A stretch of DNA of 64,000 nt from Saccharofermentans sp. (GCA_024403655.1 JAKSRK010000002.1:2084-66083); one strand, 5' to 3'; shown: positions 56,684 to 64,000, numbered from the stretch's first letter. Made by a program: numbers and translations. The notes: generated by a model from the sequence alone, not told the origin.

Positions 56684-57010
56684 TTAACGTTCGATACCTT
56701 TATCTTTAGTCTTAGGCTGCTTAGTAGATTTTATGTGATTCACTATAGTATTCAATTCTTGTTCCATCATCATGCCTCGCTAGTTGTTCTTGAAAATATA
56801 CTTTCTGTACGGAAGTCTTTTGCCATTGGATGTTTCTTGTTCAGGTCGGATATAACCGATTACTGAGTTATTGCTTGAGAGACCAACTAAACAAGAAATG
56901 TATTCTTTACAGTTCGGATCAAAATATTTACCATCAGCTACATAGTCAAACCCTTTATAGCAGCTATGCTTTGGAAAACCTATTTGGATGATTGAATTCT
57001 TTATTCTCAT
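56684..57010 (-). pseudogene. Probable pseudogene: no SD, internal in-frame TAG
   Basis: The frame continues past TAG (56780-56782) as RGMMMEQELNTIVNHIKSTKQPKTKDKGIER-stop, the same tail style as neighbouring genes. Confidence 0.6.
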
Positions 57011-57047
57011 AGTTCGTGCCAACTTCGCGCCAAGTTGGCACGAAGTT
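57010..57047. repeat. 27-bp ICE palindrome, copy 11 (extended by an extra 11-bp period)
   Basis: TAGTT-CGTGCC-AACTT-CGCGCC-AAGTT-GGCACG-AAGTT. Confidence 0.92.
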
Positions 57048-57408
57048 ATCTTTCTAATCCTCTATACTTATGTTTTACAGATTCTTTTTCAGTTTCACCT
57101 TTTAAACGTTGGTTTTGTTCAACTTCTTCCTGAACCTTCAAACGAGTTAATCTTTCATTCAGATTGTGAAGATTTTCAAAACTTGAATCAGTTACCACCT
57201 GCGAAAGCTTATCCAAATATAGTCTCATATCAGAACCAAATTCAGTTTTCTGTTTCATTGCAAACAGAAGCTTATATAAATTCTGCAATTTAGAATCATA
57301 CTCTAAAGTTAATTTTGTAGCTTCTGAAATACTCAAGTCATCTTTTGCTATTTCATTTACATTTTCTTGAAGAACAGTTTTTAAAAGCTCATAAAATTCT
57401 TCGTCCAT
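57046..57408 (-). CDS. Hypothetical helical protein
   Basis: SD AAAGGAG; ends KYRGLER. Confidence 0.65.
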   Translation of the reverse strand: MDEEFYELLKTVLQENVNEIAKDDLSISEATKLTLEYDSKLQNLYKLLFAMKQKTEFGSDMRLYLDKLSQVVTDSSFENLHNLNERLTRLKVQEEVEQNQRLKGETEKESVKHKYRGLER

Positions 57409-57422
57409 CTTGCATCTCCTTT

Positions 57423-57449
57423 CTCGCTGCGCCAACTTGGCGCGAACTT
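57423..57449. repeat. 27-bp ICE palindrome, copy 12 (one arm degenerate)
   Basis: CTCGCTGCGCCAACTTGGCGCGAACTT. Confidence 0.8.
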
Positions 57450-59337
57450 ATCTTTCCATTCCCTGATTGCGATTTATATGATGAACTGGAGCTGTTTTTC
57501 TTTCTCCGGCTGATAACAGTTCCATGCTATATTTTTTAAGATCAGAATCCTTAACCGGATATGAGTATTTAAGAATTGCTTTGAACTTACCATCTGGATC
57601 TGTACCTTGATAAAGCAGATTCTCCATAGGTTGCATACCATATCCAAAAGAGTGATGTATCCCATATACATATGCGTTGTCGTATTCGTTACTTTTAAAA
57701 TGATCATAATAACCATTGAGACTTTCAGATATAACCATAGGCTTTTCTATTCCTTTCATTACATCCCTAACATGTTTATGCCATCTTTTGATAAATTCTG
57801 TTTGGGCTGCATTATGAATCGGCCTGTTATATGCTAAAAATTTTTGTTTTATTGTTGATCCATCCGGAGACAATTCAATTGTAACAAGTGAAGTATTGGG
57901 AGTTCTTTTTTCCCTCATAACAAATATTAGTGATGTACCAGAAAGGATTCTGTGGTAATAGCTTGCAACACAATTATGCTGTTGATTAGCTTCATTTAAT
58001 AAATCCTCATGGCTTCGTATTCCACGAATAAAGAATAAATCCTCTTCATAATCATACTTACGCAAGTTATCAGTAGCATTTTTTTCTTTAAGTTTATCCG
58101 CTGCGTTTCGGTTAACAGATGAAGCTATTCTATAATTTCGTGAAACTACATCGTGTTCTCTTTTAAGGGAATCTCCATCAATCTTTGGTTTAATATTCAG
58201 GGACTGACATTGTCTTAAATAATCATCGATTAATATTAATGCTTCATCAGTACCAATTGCTTCATACATATCTACTCGTTGTAAATAAGTCATTAATGAA
58301 GGGAACGTGAATACTTGCTTATTTTCATATTTTCTTCCAAGGATACTGGAAATCTGATCTAGCTGTTTTTTGGAGAGTCTTGCATCATAAGCAAGCTGTA
58401 TTTCATTGTTACCTAGCCTTCCAAACTTATCCATCTTCCTGTAGTTATCCCAAACAAATATATCTGCTTCTGATTTTAAAACTTTGCACACCACTTGCGA
58501 TGTTTTAAAAATGTTTTTCAATTTTCCAGGATTATCAAGTCTTTTTATTAATCGATTGTAACTATCCAACTTACCCTGATCCAACTCTGAATTCTTATTT
58601 AATGGCTTGATGGCAGCTACATATTTCTCTGCAAACAGATAACCAGCTTTAATCAAACTTTCAAGTTCCGGTGCAGCCAGGATTGTCAACGGTTCAGGAT
58701 CTATTAATCCTTTATACCCATTTTCCTTATATCTTTCATCAAAAAAATATTTATAGGTCCAAGGTTTAACCTCTTTTAAAATGTCTAACAATTCATCATT
58801 TGTTTGATAGCATCCTATACATTTTTCATGAAAGCGTTCATTTATTTTCCAATCTGATTTTTCACATATACTAATAGTTCTACTTACTCGATCTAAATCA
58901 AGCTTAACGTATGCTTCCCAAACTCGTGAGTTTTCATCTACATAGTAGATATAGTACGGTTCTGTATTACTAATAGTTCTTAAATCATTATAGGCATTGT
59001 ACCAACGTGATTTTATAGGTAATGTGTAATCATCATTATTTTGATGAGTGATATTGTTTCCAAGCACTTTTAAATCACAAAAAACCCCAAAAATTTCTAA
59101 ATCACTGAATAAATCAACCTTATTCCACATTTCTTTGATATCAGGATTTAAAACTGGCTTTTCAACCTTTTTTGCTTCTTTTTTCTTTGGAGCATCTACG
59201 ATCTTAGGAACGCTTTCGGAAGTAATACTTTTATCATTCAAAATTACAGGTTTTCTATCAAGTGTTACTGCAATCTCTTCTTCCGCTATTTTAATGAGTT
59301 CATCAAATGTAATCTGGTTAGATTCATCAGCTGCCAT
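57448..59337 (-). CDS. PcfJ-like domain protein
   Basis: DDYLR..L..EHD, DLLNEANQQHNCVASY..I..R...P..SLVTIEL. Confidence 0.8.
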   Translation of the reverse strand: MAADESNQITFDELIKIAEEEIAVTLDRKPVILNDKSITSESVPKIVDAPKKKEAKKVEKPVLNPDIKEMWNKVDLFSDLEIFGVFCDLKVLGNNITHQNNDDYTLPIKSRWYNAYNDLRTISNTEPYYIYYVDENSRVWEAYVKLDLDRVSRTISICEKSDWKINERFHEKCIGCYQTNDELLDILKEVKPWTYKYFFDERYKENGYKGLIDPEPLTILAAPELESLIKAGYLFAEKYVAAIKPLNKNSELDQGKLDSYNRLIKRLDNPGKLKNIFKTSQVVCKVLKSEADIFVWDNYRKMDKFGRLGNNEIQLAYDARLSKKQLDQISSILGRKYENKQVFTFPSLMTYLQRVDMYEAIGTDEALILIDDYLRQCQSLNIKPKIDGDSLKREHDVVSRNYRIASSVNRNAADKLKEKNATDNLRKYDYEEDLFFIRGIRSHEDLLNEANQQHNCVASYYHRILSGTSLIFVMREKRTPNTSLVTIELSPDGSTIKQKFLAYNRPIHNAAQTEFIKRWHKHVRDVMKGIEKPMVISESLNGYYDHFKSNEYDNAYVYGIHHSFGYGMQPMENLLYQGTDPDGKFKAILKYSYPVKDSDLKKYSMELLSAGERKTAPVHHINRNQGMER

Positions 59338-59357
59338 ATCAAATTCCTCTTTTCTTG

Positions 59358-59666
59358 CTATGCTACAGTACTTGGATAACAGTTTTTCATGGTTTCTCTG
59401 TACTGTTCGTCTGAGTCCATTTGTGTCTCCTGATACATAGTCAAATATTGAATTGTAATGAAGCTATCCGTCTTTGTTGCGTGACAGACATTTGATAATG
59501 AAGCGAAGCATTTTTCAGCTTCAACTAATTCTGTATCTTCAAACTCATATCCCAAAACAATTTCTTCATCATTTTGGTTGTTATAAAGAAGTTCTTCGAA
59601 ATCATCAGCATTAAGGGAACTAAATACTCCATCAACATCTGTTTTTATCACTTCTAACCTAATCAT
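59358..59666 (-). CDS. Hypothetical acidic protein
   Basis: 102-aa ORF with SD AAAGGG directly after a palindrome copy. Confidence 0.6.
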   Translation of the reverse strand: MIRLEVIKTDVDGVFSSLNADDFEELLYNNQNDEEIVLGYEFEDTELVEAEKCFASLSNVCHATKTDSFITIQYLTMYQETQMDSDEQYRETMKNCYPSTVA

Positions 59667-59679
59667 AATTAATCCCTTT

Positions 59680-59706
59680 CACTTTACGCCGATTTGGCTA
59701 AATGTT
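59680..59706. repeat. 27-bp ICE palindrome, copy 13 (degenerate)
   Basis: CACTTTACGCCGATTTGGCTAAATGTT, 8 bp from copy 14. Confidence 0.55.
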
Positions 59707-59714
59707 TTGCAATA

Positions 59715-59741
59715 AACTTTGCGCCAACTTGGCGAGAAGTT
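59715..59741. repeat. 27-bp ICE palindrome, copy 14
   Basis: AACTTTGCGCCAACTTGGCGAGAAGTT. Confidence 0.92.
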
Positions 59742-59745
59742 CTTG

Positions 59746-60780
59746 TTATACAGAATTGATTCCTACTTCGCTAAATAAATCAAAGATTGCATCAGAGTAT
59801 TCATTTTCTGCATCGTTCATTATTAACGTTTCTTCGGGTTTAATGTAACTGTCAGCTTTTATTCCTGCTTCAGCTCCAGTCTTAAGCACGTTACGTTTTG
59901 TAGAAGACTGCTCTTTTCTGTAAGCACATTTATTAGCTTCATGCTGCTTCTGCATATAAACTGTAGCTTCATCAGTAGAAGTAATTCCTGACTCAAACCA
60001 CTCTGTAAGAGTCGCGTCAACGTGCTTAAGTTGAAGCTTATCTTTTCTAAACAAGTTGTCCTGGATAGCAAGTCTAATGAGATCCAATGAGCAGTTCATA
60101 CTTTTCCATTTATTGACGAAATATTTGCCGGATAACGAAATATCCTTTTCGTCAAAAACTGAAGAAATGATATCAGCGGTGGCAGCGGTCTCAGAAAAAC
60201 AGCTTTCTTCTGAAATATCACTTACTTTAAGTTTAGTACTACTACCACTACTATTAGTCTTATTCTTTTTAGTATTATTTATATCAGTCTTATTTGCTCC
60301 CAAATTTTGGGACTCTTGATTCACAAATAATGGGATTCCAGAATCCCAAATTTTGGGATTCCGGACTCCCAAATTTTGGGATTCCGGAAGAACCGTTGAT
60401 TTTATTGAGTTTTCAGAAGATTCTGTTTCTATTTCATCAGTAAAATCCTTAACGTAGATCTTATCCGGACGATTTAATCCTTGTTTAATCTTCTCAACAA
60501 GACCTATAGAAACAAGTTCTTGCATCAATTTTGTTACTGTATTTTTTGAACATCCTAAATCTTCTATTATTTCATTGTTGGTGTAGTAAATATAAACATG
60601 ATTGTTATCATCTATCCAACCGTTTCTAATCGATAGACTAGCACGATCCATAAGAAGAGAATATAGAAGTTTAGCGTCTGTACTAATCTTCTTAAACTTT
60701 GGATCTTTCACCAATTGTTTAGGAATAACAAAATAAGAATAGCTGGTAGATTTTTCTAAACTTAAATAATTAAACTTCAT
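59746..60780 (-). CDS. repA: RepA_N-family replication initiator with C-terminal DnaD/DnaB_2-like domain
   Basis: FVIPKQL..AKLLYSLLMDRASLS..NGWIDD..YIYY...ELVSIGLVEKIKQGLNRPDKIYV. Confidence 0.9.
   Translation of the reverse strand: MKFNYLSLEKSTSYSYFVIPKQLVKDPKFKKISTDAKLLYSLLMDRASLSIRNGWIDDNNHVYIYYTNNEIIEDLGCSKNTVTKLMQELVSIGLVEKIKQGLNRPDKIYVKDFTDEIETESSENSIKSTVLPESQNLGVRNPKIWDSGIPLFVNQESQNLGANKTDINNTKKNKTNSSGSSTKLKVSDISEESCFSETAATADIISSVFDEKDISLSGKYFVNKWKSMNCSLDLIRLAIQDNLFRKDKLQLKHVDATLTEWFESGITSTDEATVYMQKQHEANKCAYRKEQSSTKRNVLKTGAEAGIKADSYIKPEETLIMNDAENEYSDAIFDLFSEVGINSV
60298..60381. repeat. Intragenic repA iterons (candidate oriV)
   Basis: Three copies of palindromic TCCCAAATTTTGGGA (60298, 60344, 60367) encoding SQNLG repeats. 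RepA_N origins are known to lie within repA. Confidence 0.8.
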
Positions 60781-60810
60781 ATGACTTCCCTTCTTATATT
60801 ACGACAAGCA

Positions 60811-60837
60811 AACTTCGCGCCAACTTGGCGCAAAGTT
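60811..60837. repeat. 27-bp ICE palindrome, copy 15 (parB/repA junction)
   Basis: AACTTCGCGCCAACTTGGCGCAAAGTT. Confidence 0.93.
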
Positions 60838-60848
60838 GCTAATTACTA

Positions 60849-61751
60849 TCAATCACCTGCATACGCCTTTAATGCTGCTATGATGTATTCCTCTACGTCT
60901 TTATTTGTTTGAAGTCTTGAGGGGAGATAAGAAACTATTCTTTCCCTCTTGATTTTGTATTGTTCCTTCTGATTTCCCTTCAGTTGATTCATTAACGCAT
61001 CAACTGACTCGATGGTTAATTCACCTGCTTCAAACTGTCTCCTTAGTTCCTGAGCCTGATGAATAGACGGATAAGACTGTTTTTCATCAATGGATTTAAA
61101 CACTATCTCCTGAGCTTCAGACGATAGATAAGAAAGTTCAACGGCTGCGTTAAAACTGATAGTTCCTTCATCTACTAATGTCTGAAAATCTTTGTTAAGC
61201 TCATTTAATCGAAGATATCTGTTTATATTTCTTGCAGAATCTCCAAATATTCTTGTCAGATTCTCATTGGTCATACCATCTGCTTTTTTGCCCTGGTGAA
61301 CCGTAGCATTATGTACTCTTTGGTATGTTCTCGCTTTCTCCATATAAGAAATATCAGGACGAGCGATATTTGTTTCAGCCATCTGAATATCTGCTTCATC
61401 GTCAGTTAAATTTCTAACGATAACCTTCATCTTATTAAAACCATTTATTTCAAGAGCATGTCTAGTCTGATGCCCTTTAATGATTTCATATCTGCCATCT
61501 TCATAAGGAGAAGGTCTTACAATGCCAGGAGTAATCTGACCATGCAAATGAACTGAATGAATTAACTCTTGCATTTCTGGATGATCATCCGGCCTAATAT
61601 CGAACGTATGATGCTTATAATCATCAAGAAGATCAATATCCACCGTGATTATCTCTTCTGCTGAGCCGTTACGCATATCTTCACTTGAGAAGAAATCATC
61701 CATAGAAGTCTTTGCTAAAAGCTTATTTTTAATACCCAGTGTATTAGACAT
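60849..61751 (-). CDS. parB: ParB/RepB/Spo0J-family protein
   Basis: LIHSV..HGQITPGIVR..GRYEII.GH, ADIQMAETNIAR, RNINRYLRL HTH region. Confidence 0.88.
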   Translation of the reverse strand: MSNTLGIKNKLLAKTSMDDFFSSEDMRNGSAEEIITVDIDLLDDYKHHTFDIRPDDHPEMQELIHSVHLHGQITPGIVRPSPYEDGRYEIIKGHQTRHALEINGFNKMKVIVRNLTDDEADIQMAETNIARPDISYMEKARTYQRVHNATVHQGKKADGMTNENLTRIFGDSARNINRYLRLNELNKDFQTLVDEGTISFNAAVELSYLSSEAQEIVFKSIDEKQSYPSIHQAQELRRQFEAGELTIESVDALMNQLKGNQKEQYKIKRERIVSYLPSRLQTNKDVEEYIIAALKAYAGD

Positions 61752-62535
61752 TATCAATTACCTCCTTTGTGAATTTCTTATAGGCAATTGAACCCTTACA
61801 CTTAGGAGCATACTTATATACGCTTATCCCCTTAGGCGGAGCCTTTGCTACATGAGCACTCTTAGGAATCTGTGTATCAAATATTCTGATGTTATCTCCA
61901 AATACTTCGCTAACTGATTCTATGATTTCTCTATTGAGCATGAATTTTGATTCGACTATAGTAAAGAGAATTCCAGCAATACTGAGCTTGGGATTGATCC
62001 TTCTCTTAATCCTCTTGATCGTCTCGATAAGCTGCACAAGACCAAGTGAAGCAAAATATTCAGGTTGAATAGGGATGATTACATCATCTGCAGCTACCAG
62101 AATATTCTGCATAAGCATAGTCAAAGAGGGCAGTCCATCTATGATTACATAGTCATATTCTTCAATGCCTATAAAGTCGTATAAAAATCTCTTCAAAGTT
62201 GTTTCCCTTGACATAGCAGTTACTAAAGCAGCTTCAGTAGCAGCCAGTGTGATATTAGCTGGAATCAGATCAACACCTTCCTCATGAGAAAGAATGAACT
62301 GTGCAGATACATCAAGATTTTCTGTATTATCTGATGACATAGCCAAATTCAATCCTTCTGCAAGAGAATACTCAAAGTCATAGTATCCTAAAGCCTGAGT
62401 CGTATTTCCTTGCGGATCAGCATCGACGATAAGGACTTTATATCCTTCTTTAACGAGTCCAATTCCAAGATTGACTGTAGTGGTAGTTTTAGCAACTCCA
62501 CCCTTCTGATTACAAATTGCGATTACTTTTTTCAT
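61744..62535 (-). CDS. parA: ParA/Soj-family ATPase
   Basis: NQKGGVAKTTT, DADPQGN, DYVIID.LPSL, IPIQPE. Confidence 0.93.
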   Translation of the reverse strand: MKKVIAICNQKGGVAKTTTTVNLGIGLVKEGYKVLIVDADPQGNTTQALGYYDFEYSLAEGLNLAMSSDNTENLDVSAQFILSHEEGVDLIPANITLAATEAALVTAMSRETTLKRFLYDFIGIEEYDYVIIDGLPSLTMLMQNILVAADDVIIPIQPEYFASLGLVQLIETIKRIKRRINPKLSIAGILFTIVESKFMLNREIIESVSEVFGDNIRIFDTQIPKSAHVAKAPPKGISVYKYAPKCKGSIAYKKFTKEVIDNV

Positions 62536-62674
62536 TTGCGTTTTTTCCTTTCCTATGCACCTTTAGGTACATAAAGCACCGCTTCGACCAATTCCACTTG
62601 CTTAGCAAAAACGCAAATGAAAAAGAACTAAGCAAGTCTTCGCCGAAACGGCTCTTTATGTATCTACTTGCTAG
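62528..62674 (-). promoter_or_regulatory. Structured parA leader with an anti-start-codon segment
   Basis: 18-bp inverted repeat 62528-62545/62607-62624 covers the ATG; 10-bp inverted repeat 62596-62605/62628-62637; 9-bp inverted repeat 62568-62576/62654-62662. Confidence 0.65.
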
Positions 62675-62774
62675 TAAGGAGATAAAATAATTGCAATAAA
62701 AAAAGACATCTTTTAAAGATGTCTTTAATAACTAAATGATCGAGAAATGTCATGCTGAAAATTAAATCAGCATG

Positions 62775-62822
62775 TGACTTTTAATCAAGGGGCCTGGGGT
62801 TCGAACCCCCAATGGGTCACCA
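62775..62822 (+). repeat. attR: 48-bp direct repeat (3' half of tRNA-Lys)
   Basis: Identical to 26783-26830. Confidence 0.95.
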
Positions 62823-62831
62823 GAATATTCA

Positions 62832-62859
62832 AGAGGAGATCAAATGATCTCCTCTTTTT
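62832..62859 (+). terminator. Original tRNA-operon terminator displaced by the ICE (probably bidirectional)
   Basis: AGAGGAGATC / GATCTCCTCT plus T tract, 9 bp after attR. Confidence 0.75.
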
Positions 62860-62870
62860 GTATTCTTATA

Positions 62871-63860
62871 TTATGTGGTCGAAGTAGCTGCAGCGGTTGA
62901 AGATGCAATGCAGGCACATATACATGCCGCCATTACTACTTCCTGAGTAACTATAGCTGTTACTGATGCTGTTACAACATTTGTAATTGATTCAGCCTGA
63001 TTACCGATTGAATTACTTACTACTCCACAGGCAAACATGGTTCTTAAGGACTTACCTACTCCTGAGAGGCCACCAAAGATCTTACAGGATGACAGATACT
63101 TTTCTACTTCCGCTATTTCTGCTGCAAGTTCAGAAGCATCCTTTTCCAATGCTGCCTTTACAAGCGGAGCAAGAATTGCGACAGAGCTATATCCACTAAG
63201 CTTAAGCTTTCTCTTCTTAAGTTCATCCACTATAGCAAGGACCTTACTACACTTCAGGTCACAAGCTTCGTCATATATGGCAAGAAGCGAACACAATGTA
63301 AGAAGATCATTATGGTCGAAGAAATTTGGCTTTAGTATCTTATAGCAGTTCTGAGCTTCAGCTGTGAGTTCTTCAGGGCTCTTACCCGACAAAGCCATTA
63401 TTGCATATGTAGCAGAATCCTCTGAAGAAGAATAGAAGAAATGCTCTTTCTTCATGAGCTTATAGATTTTGCTCATCTCATCTACTACAAGCTCAGCATC
63501 CTTACCTGAATCTTCTATGATTATCGCTGCAAGAGCGGAATATTCATTTCCCCAAAACTTATTCTTAACGATCTTATATATCGCATTTATATTATCTATC
63601 TTCTTCTCGGGAGAGTTGCTCTTATATACAGACGCAGTTGTAATTATGCGGGTAGCACTTGCTCCGAGTGCGGAGAATAATCCGGTCTTACTGCTTACAA
63701 GCTTCTTACATGCCTTAGCTCTGTCTATATCATAATTCACATCTGACATTGCTGATGCAAATGCTGCTGATTCCAGGCTTCCGCATAAGGTAAATACTCT
63801 TGATGCGTTCTTTGCATTCTCTGCAAGTATCTGTGCGTTTCTTAAAGTAATATCATTCAT
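62871..63860 (-). CDS. DUF4003-like hypothetical protein (chromosomal)
   Basis: 329 aa helical protein with an Ala/Cys/Ser-rich hydrophobic C-terminus; host-like codon style. Confidence 0.6.
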   Translation of the reverse strand: MNDITLRNAQILAENAKNASRVFTLCGSLESAAFASAMSDVNYDIDRAKACKKLVSSKTGLFSALGASATRIITTASVYKSNSPEKKIDNINAIYKIVKNKFWGNEYSALAAIIIEDSGKDAELVVDEMSKIYKLMKKEHFFYSSSEDSATYAIMALSGKSPEELTAEAQNCYKILKPNFFDHNDLLTLCSLLAIYDEACDLKCSKVLAIVDELKKRKLKLSGYSSVAILAPLVKAALEKDASELAAEIAEVEKYLSSCKIFGGLSGVGKSLRTMFACGVVSNSIGNQAESITNVVTASVTAIVTQEVVMAACICACIASSTAAATSTT

Positions 63861-63954
63861 TTCTAATCTATTCCTTTCGCTGTTATGAATTCATCTTAAC
63901 AGTCATGGTTAAAGGAAATGCTAATCCAAATAAATGATTTCTTTAAGAAAACAT

Positions 63955-63984
63955 AAAAAAGGAAGCTCTCGCGAGAGCTTCCTT
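63955..63984 (-). terminator. Terminator of a gene beyond the window
   Basis: AAGGAAGCTCTC / GAGAGCTTCCTT plus T tract on the minus strand. Confidence 0.7.
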
Positions 63985-64000
63985 AATAGTTCTGTTATTC

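Larger units (their letters stand above)
26783..62822 (-). mobile_element. ~36-kb integrative conjugative element with plasmid-type replication and partition genes
   Basis: 48-bp att repeats, adjacent tyrosine integrase, T4SS, relaxase, RepA_N and ParAB. All genes are on the minus strand and the DNA is visibly more AT-rich than the flanks. Confidence 0.95.

Noticed and set aside
42032-57435. ORF-track N-terminal extensions starting in or upstream of palindromes (e.g. 42106, 54055, 57022, 57435)
   Set aside because: These are alternative-start artefacts; SD-backed ATGs lie downstream for all except the 56684-57010 pseudogene.
31018-60837. Palindromic repeats as a CRISPR array
   Set aside because: Spacing is gene-sized and irregular (tens of bp to ~9 kb), the intervening DNA is full ORFs, and there are no cas genes.
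31018-60837. Repeats as classical integron attC sites
   Set aside because: They share AAC...GTT ends and a post-stop location, but are far shorter than attC, lack the L/R box and extrahelical-base layout, and the integrase shows no evident IntI-specific insertion. Kept only as an analogy.
31018-60837. Repeats as intrinsic terminators or canonical parS
   Set aside because: There is no U-tract and separate real terminators follow some copies. The sequence does not resemble the B. subtilis-type TGTTNCACGTGAAACA parS.
62775-62822. Second tRNA-Lys gene
   Set aside because: Only the anticodon-to-CCA half is present, with no 5' acceptor strand or D-arm. It is attR.

Overview
Clostridia-type (Firmicutes) chromosomal window in two parts. 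(1) Positions 1-26.8 kb and 62.8-64 kb are housekeeping genes, almost all on the minus strand: rnhB, rbgA, an RsmF-type methylase, an M3 peptidase, argS, an MraY-like gene, cysK, lysA, a MutS-like gene, a sirtuin, a type II topoisomerase pair, argJ and five tRNAs. A TerY-P triad (kinase, vWA, PP2C) is embedded among them. (2) Positions 26783-62822 are a ~36-kb integrative conjugative element (ICE) inserted in the 3' half of tRNA-Lys(TTT) and bounded by a perfect 48-bp direct repeat. It carries a tyrosine integrase, a serine resolvase, RepA_N with intragenic iterons, ParA/ParB, a MOBP relaxase/MobC, a Gram-positive T4SS (VirB4, VirD4, VirB6, PrgI, CHAP), a thioester-domain adhesin, ArdC, Fic and PcfJ genes. 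Main unexplained signals: (a) about 15 copies of a 27-bp palindrome, AACTT(C/T)(G/T)(C/T)GCCAA-N-TTGGC(G/A)(C/A)(G/A)AAGTT, mostly wedged between a stop codon and the next Shine-Dalgarno, whose outer arms match loxP (ATAACTTCG...CGAAGTTAT); (b) a tRNA-like cloverleaf upstream of the integrase whose acceptor stem is the same AACTTCG/CGAAGTT, preceded by ~340 nt of highly pairable sequence; (c) shared basic '...ER/EH-stop' C-terminal tails on many cargo proteins; (d) a ParB lacking the CTP-binding arginine patch; (e) a parA leader with an 18-nt anti-start-codon segment in a switchable hairpin. All family names come from motif recognition by eye; no database searches or folding programs were run.
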